A stretch of DNA of 64,000 nt from Macrostomum lignano. Lineage: Eukaryota. The notes under the pieces were generated by a model. The model did not search any database. It worked only from the letters and a program-made list of their open reading frames with translations, and was not told where the DNA came from. The position numbers were made by a program, and so were the translations under genes. Of this stretch, positions 59,335 to 64,000 are shown one piece after another (the stretch's first letter is position 1; the number at the start of each line of letters is the position of its first letter). Location of the stretch: positions 186,001-250,000 of the forward strand of contig NIVC01001629.1 in the NCBI GenBank assembly GCA_002269645.1, written 5' to 3'.

Positions 59335-59421
59335 CCGTGTCTGTCTGTCTGCCTGTCTGTCTGTCTGTCTGTCTGTCTGTGTCTGTCTGTATGTCTGTCT
59401 GTCTGTCTTTCTGTGTGTGTG

Positions 59422-59453
<32 letters not shown>

Positions 59454-59522
59454 CATGTCTGTCCATGTCTGTCTGTCTGTATGTCTGTCTGTCCATGTCT
59501 GTCTGTCCATGTCTGTCTGTCA
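59335..59522 (+). repeat. (TCTG)n-derived microsatellite
   Basis: Direct reading. Confidence 0.93.
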
Positions 59523-60002
59523 TTCTGCATATCTATCTAATTGCGTTTTATCAATTGCTGCCGTGTCCCAGCAATTAAATGCAGTTAAAATAAAGTATAC
59601 TGTTGTTTTTCACTTTATTACTAAGCTATTCACACGGCAGTAAACACCCGCAGCCCAGCTCACCTGAGACAACCCAGCTCTCCATTTCACCAATTCCACA
59701 ATCCGATGCGAACATGTTGTGTTGGCCGCATTGTTTATGCATGCATTGTAAATCAAGTGGCTGGCTGGGTGGCACAGGGCTGCCTTACCAATTAATTAAT
59801 TGGCCAAGTTTGTGCTTTCCCTGGCGTGGGCAACAAATGAAACCCGATCCACTGCTATCTCCCTGGCTTCCCGAAGGCCGCAAGTGTGCGGGCCACTTCG
59901 TAAAGCAGACACTTTCAATTGTTCACTTTGAAAGATGTGTTCACTTCATAACCAGTTAGCAATTTTTGCAAACACCAACAAGCTTCAATCTTTCGATTGC
60001 AG

Positions 60003-60120
60003 GAGCCTCAGCTGCCGGCTGTGGGGCCGCTGCTGGAGCTGGAGGAGCTGTTCCCGCTGGAGCAGATCTGGTCTCAGCAGGGCGACTGGCTGCTCCCTAG
60101 TGACCCCGGCTCGGCTGGGT
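60003..60120 (+). CDS. Candidate exon (EPQLPAVGPLLELEELFPLEQIWSQQGDWLLPSDPG), gene assignment unclear
   Basis: Good acceptor TTTCGATTGCAG and a GC-rich coding-like island; no convincing donor. Confidence 0.35.
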
Positions 60121-60743
60121 CCGTGTTCGCTGTTTTCAATTCTGTTTTTGTTTGGAGTTCAGATGCGTTTAGGCTTTGCCAACCGGACTGGTTGATTTTA
60201 TCCAGGTAGGAAAATTCCGTTTTAATTCCTCTTGTTTGCTGGCATTTCGGCTGTCATTGCGGCTCTCCCTGTCTTCTAGAAGCGGCAGATGTTCTCAGCT
60301 GATGCATTTCTGTTAATCGCCAACTTTTTGAGAAAAAAAATTCAAACTCGTTTTTGTTAATCTGGTCTGTAAAAATATTTAGCAAAAGTTATATTATATG
60401 TATTGTTATTAAACAGTGCATTTCTGCCAGCAATGCTTCACAATGGCGTACATTTCACACTGGCACGCAGCCTTCCAGTTTAAACGCAATTATCGAAATT
60501 CTCTATTTCTCTCATCATTTTTGAGTTTTCAGTTTCTCATCCCGCTGCCTTGTAGCCAGTCGGACATCAGGCCCTGCTCGGTTCCTATTTGATTAGATAG
60601 GTTTATTAAGACAAATAAACAGTTTATGTAAGCCTGCCCGAACTCTTTCCCGGCTTTGGGTTCGGCTGCTTTTTTACTTTTTTTGAATGTTGGTCTTGCT
60701 GAGATCTTCTTTTAGCTTTACCTGCTAGTGTGGGTTTAGAGAT

Positions 60744-61281
60744 GATTGCTAGTCTAGCCAATCATGGATGCGGGATTAGAGTGGATTGCTAGTCTAGCCA
60801 ATCATGGATGCGGGATTAGAGTGGATTGCTAGTCTAGCCAATCATGGATGCGGGATTAGAGTGGATTGCTAGTCTAGCCAATCATGGATGCGGGATTAGA
60901 GTGGATTGCTAGTCTAGCCAATCACGGATGCGGGATTAGAGTGGATTGCTAGTCTAGCCAATCACGGATGCGGGATTAGAGTGGATTGCTAGTCTAGCCA
61001 ATCATGGATGCGGGATTAGAGTGGATTGCTAGTCTAGCCAATCATGGATGCGGGATTAGAGTGGATTGCTAGTCTAGCCAATCATGGATGCGGGATTAGA
61101 GTGGATTGCTAGTCTAGCCAATCATGGATGCGGGATTAGAGTGGATTGCTAGTCTAGCCAATCATGGATGCGGGATTAGAGTGGATTGCTAGTCTAGCCA
61201 ATCATGGATGCGGGATTAGAGTGGATTGCTAGTCTAGCCAATCATGGATGCGGGATTAGAGTGGATTGCTAGTCTAGCCAA
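60744..61281 (+). repeat. 40-bp minisatellite, ~13.5 copies
   Basis: Unit GATTGCTAGTCTAGCCAATCATGGATGCGGGATTAGAGTG. Confidence 0.97.
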
Positions 61282-61350
61282 AGTGAATAAACGATATTGA
61301 ATTACTAATCTATTCTTTTTCTCAAATCTAATTTTCAGCTGCGGTCGCCC

Positions 61351-61680
61351 ATGGAAACGCAGGACTCGACGGCGAGGGCGGCTGATTTGCCACGGCAGGT
61401 GCAGCTGCGGCCCGGCAGGCCGGCGGAGGATGCGGAGTTTGTGGCGCTGTGCGTTCGCGACTTGGCGGTCAGCCACGAGGGCATGCTGCCGTTCTGCCAC
61501 ATGGGCGCCAGCGACCACTTTCGGGTGCTGCAGTCCGGCCTGGCCCGTCTTCTGGTGGCCGAGGCAGCCGGACGGCCGGCCGGATTCGCGCTGTACACCC
61601 GGTGCCACCTGGACAGGCAGCCTAGGCCAGGACTCTACCTGCAGGCTGTGTACGTGTGCGAGGACTACCGGGGGCTGAAG
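61351..61680 (+). CDS. SSAT/diamine acetyltransferase-like GNAT protein, coding exon 1 (exon begins 61339)
   Basis: LRPGRPAED...RLLVAEAAGRPAGFALY...LYLQAVYVCEDYRGLK (motif A); acceptor AATTTTCAG, donor GTGAGA. Confidence 0.88.
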
Positions 61681-61749
61681 GTGAGAGCGATCAGTGAGGC
61701 TGTTATGATGTGCTTAACTAGCTACTTGTAGTAATAAGAGGCACACTTC

Positions 61750-61845
61750 TAGTAGTAGTAGTACTACTAATACTAATACTACTACTACTACTACTACTGC
61801 TACTACTACTGCTACTACAACTACTACTACTAATACTACTACTAC
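61750..61845 (+). repeat. (TAC)n intronic microsatellite
   Basis: Direct reading. Confidence 0.93.
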
Positions 61846-61851
61846 TTGCAG

Positions 61852-62205
61852 GTAGGCAAGTCTCTACTCGTGGCTCTGGCTCGCCAGGCCTTGGCAACCG
61901 GCTGCGACCACATCAAGCTGATTGTGCACACAGATAACGAGGCTCTGTCCTGGTACCAGCGCATTGGCTTCCAGGTGCTCACAGAGACCGAGGGGGTCGC
62001 CTTTTTTGAGATGAATGACGTGGACTTTGTTGCTGGCCTGGTGGCCGCAGCCGAGCAGCCGCTGCCAGACGGAGCCAGCCTGCGCCTGCGGCCCTGCGAC
62101 GGCGCCGACGGTAGGCGATTCGAACTTCGGACTTCCGGCTGCGACTGTCGCCTGTTTGGCGCCTCCGAGCTCAGCTACTGCATGTGGGAGGGGGAGGCGG
62201 TGCAG
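61852..62205 (+). CDS. GNAT protein, exon 2 (end of domain 1, start of degenerate domain 2)
   Basis: VGKSLLVALARQALATGCDHIKLIV...N..ALSWYQRIGF...EG..FFEM; acceptor CTACTTGCAG; first donor GTGAGA phase 0. Confidence 0.85.
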
Positions 62206-62683
62206 GTGAGAGCTCAGCTACTGCATGTGGGAGGGGGAGGCGGTGCAGGTGAGAGCTCAGCTACTGCATGTGAGAGGGAGAGGCGGTGCAGGTGAGAGCT
62301 CAGCTACTGCATGTGGGAGGGGGAGGCGGTGCAGGTGAGAGCTCAGCTACTGCATGTGGGAGGGGGAGGCGGTGCAGGTGAGAGCTCAGCTGCTGCATGT
62401 GGGAGGGGGAGGCGGTGCAGGTGAGAGCTCAGCTACTGCATGTGGGAGGGGGAGGCGGTGCAGGTGAGAGCTCAGCTACTGCATGTGAGAGGGAGAGGCG
62501 GTGCAGGTGAGAGCTCAGCTACTGCATGTGGGAGGGGGAGGCGGTGCAGGTGAGAGCTCAGCTACTGCATGTGGGAGGGGGAGGCGGTGCAGGTGAGAGC
62601 TCAGCTACTGCATGTGGGAGGGGGAGGCGGTGCAGGTGAGAGCTCAGCTACTGCATGTGGGAGGGAGAGGCGGTGCAGGTGAG
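62166..62683 (+). repeat. 43-bp minisatellite made of exon end + splice donor, 12 copies
   Basis: Unit GAGCTCAGCTACTGCATGTGGGAGGGGGAGGCGGTGCAG|GTGA; donors at 62206 + 43n up to 62679. Confidence 0.97.
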
Positions 62684-62747
62684 TGCTCATAGGAGGCTTG
62701 AGCACAGGAGATGCAGAAACCCGTCAGCTTCCACTGCCAACCCCCAG

Positions 62748-63095
62748 ATCGACTTGTCGGCCGAGAGGCCGGTCTGCGCTGCCGCATCGGAGTGCGGCGC
62801 CGTCAGCTCCGCCTCGCTGAAGTGCCTGATGGGCCGCCTGCTGCAGCTGGCCGCTGCCGACAAGCCCACCCTACCGTCGCCGCATATCGTGTGGGTTGAC
62901 ACCGTCGCCAACCGACCGACTTCCGGCGGACTCGATGACCTGCTGATGCGCGCCGGCTTCGAGAACAACACGGCCAATGAAGGCTGGCTGATCTGCCTGC
63001 TGGCCGGCCGGCCGCTGCACCTGCTGGCCAACAGGCCGCTGAACTGCCGCCTGCACCCGGAGCTGGCCGGCTGCCCGGATTCACTGTCTGACTGA
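62748..63095 (+). CDS. GNAT protein, terminal exon (degenerate second SSAT-like domain); 343 aa total
   Basis: Acceptor CAACCCCCAG phase 0; RAGFENNTANEGWLICLLAGRPLHLLA resembles the SSAT C-terminal G...EGW..F.I motif; spliced CDS 1032 nt. Confidence 0.78.
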   Translation: MDLSAERPVCAAASECGAVSSASLKCLMGRLLQLAAADKPTLPSPHIVWVDTVANRPTSGGLDDLLMRAGFENNTANEGWLICLLAGRPLHLLANRPLNCRLHPELAGCPDSLSD

Positions 63096-63102
63096 GAGAG
63101 AT

Positions 63103-63512
63103 GTGAGAGTCCTGATCCCCACTGTGAGAGGCCTGATCCCCACTGTGAAAGTCCTGATCCCCACTGTGAGAGTCCTGATCCCCACTGTGAGAGTTCTGAT
63201 CCCCACTGTGAGAGTCCTGATCCCCAATGTGAGAGTCTTGATCCCCACTGTGAGAGTCCTGATCCCCACTGTGAGAGTCCTGATCCCCACTGTGAGAGTC
63301 CTGATCCCCACTGTGAGAGTCCTGATCCCCACTTTGAGAGTCCTGATCCCCAATGTGAGAGTCCTGATCCCCACTATGAGAGTCCTGATCCCCATTGTGA
63401 GAATCCTGATCCCCACTGTGAGAGTCCTGATCCCCACTTTGAGAGTCCTGATCCCCATTGTGAGAGTCCTGATCCCCAATGTGAGAGTCCTGATCCCCAC
63501 TGTGAGAGTCCT
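63103..63512 (+). repeat. 21-bp minisatellite, ~19 copies
   Basis: Unit GAGAGTCCTGATCCCCACTGT. Confidence 0.96.
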
Positions 63513-64000
63513 GTTTACTCATTATCTCCTTATCTCTGATCACAGGTCATCTTAGGGTTCGAGTCCTGACTTTACAGTTGGACCAACGCTAATCTTCAGT
63601 ATTTGATTTACTTCTATACTACTATGAGTAGGTTCCGCTTATTCTGGTAATCTTTTATGCAAACTTTAACACAGATCTATCGCTTAGCAGCTCAAACTAA
63701 ATCGCTGTTTTAATATATCCTTTTATGCTTAAATTTTAACACTTACACATTGCTCTAACAGTAGTGCGCTGTGCCTAATCCAGTGTAGCTCTCTTAACGT
63801 ATCAAGCACTCTACTAACTGATCGCTTGCTGTGCCTTAATATGTTCAACTTTATTTTCTGACTTTAACCTGTTTCTTAACAGAAGTTTTAGTTTTTTGTG
63901 GCACTAACCTACCTCACATTACATGCAATGTCCTTGATTCTTGACCCTTGACTAATGAACCATCCTTGTCTCTTATGAACCATCCTTGACTCTTATGACC

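Noticed and set aside
61351-63095. Horizontally acquired bacterial GNAT or contamination
   Set aside because: Has GT-AG introns, the same exon composition as neighbouring genes and animal SSAT-like landmarks; nothing in the sequence supports HGT
62803-63543. 246-aa DQDSHSG-repeat ORF on the minus strand
   Set aside because: Antisense translation of the 21-bp array plus the GNAT terminal exon

Overview
Eukaryotic (metazoan) genomic DNA, not prokaryotic. Short GC-rich GT-AG exons sit in introns and spacers filled with about 35 micro- and minisatellite arrays. This style suggests a free-living flatworm such as Macrostomum, but the taxon is an inference. Hand-built gene models with consistent splice phases: (1) 3' part of an unknown helical protein gene, with a weak TOPAZ1 C-terminus resemblance (6341-8372 +); (2) intronless NPY/sNPF/PrRP-type class A GPCR (16318-17625 -); (3) orphan 247-aa secreted protein (24622-34927 +), whose 8.9-kb first intron holds a young full-length Mag-like Ty3/Gypsy element (28593-33047, 5-bp TSD) with one frameshift and one in-frame stop; (4) 1199-aa Gln/His-rich ORF (37109-40708 +); (5) shortened CEP135/TSGA10-like coiled-coil gene (41763-46595 -); (6) Pro/Ser-rich orphan exons (50361-53241 +); (7) ARHGAP11-like RhoGAP with a 1-nt frameshift (55811-57511 +); (8) tandem SSAT-like double-GNAT acetyltransferase (61351-63095 +). 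A 981-bp solo LTR sits inside a 112-bp satellite. The most interesting pattern is that several minisatellites are amplified splice signals or TF-site-bearing units lying at exon edges or right after stop codons. No CRISPR, rRNA or intact tRNA was found. All protein family calls come from motif recognition by eye, not database searches.
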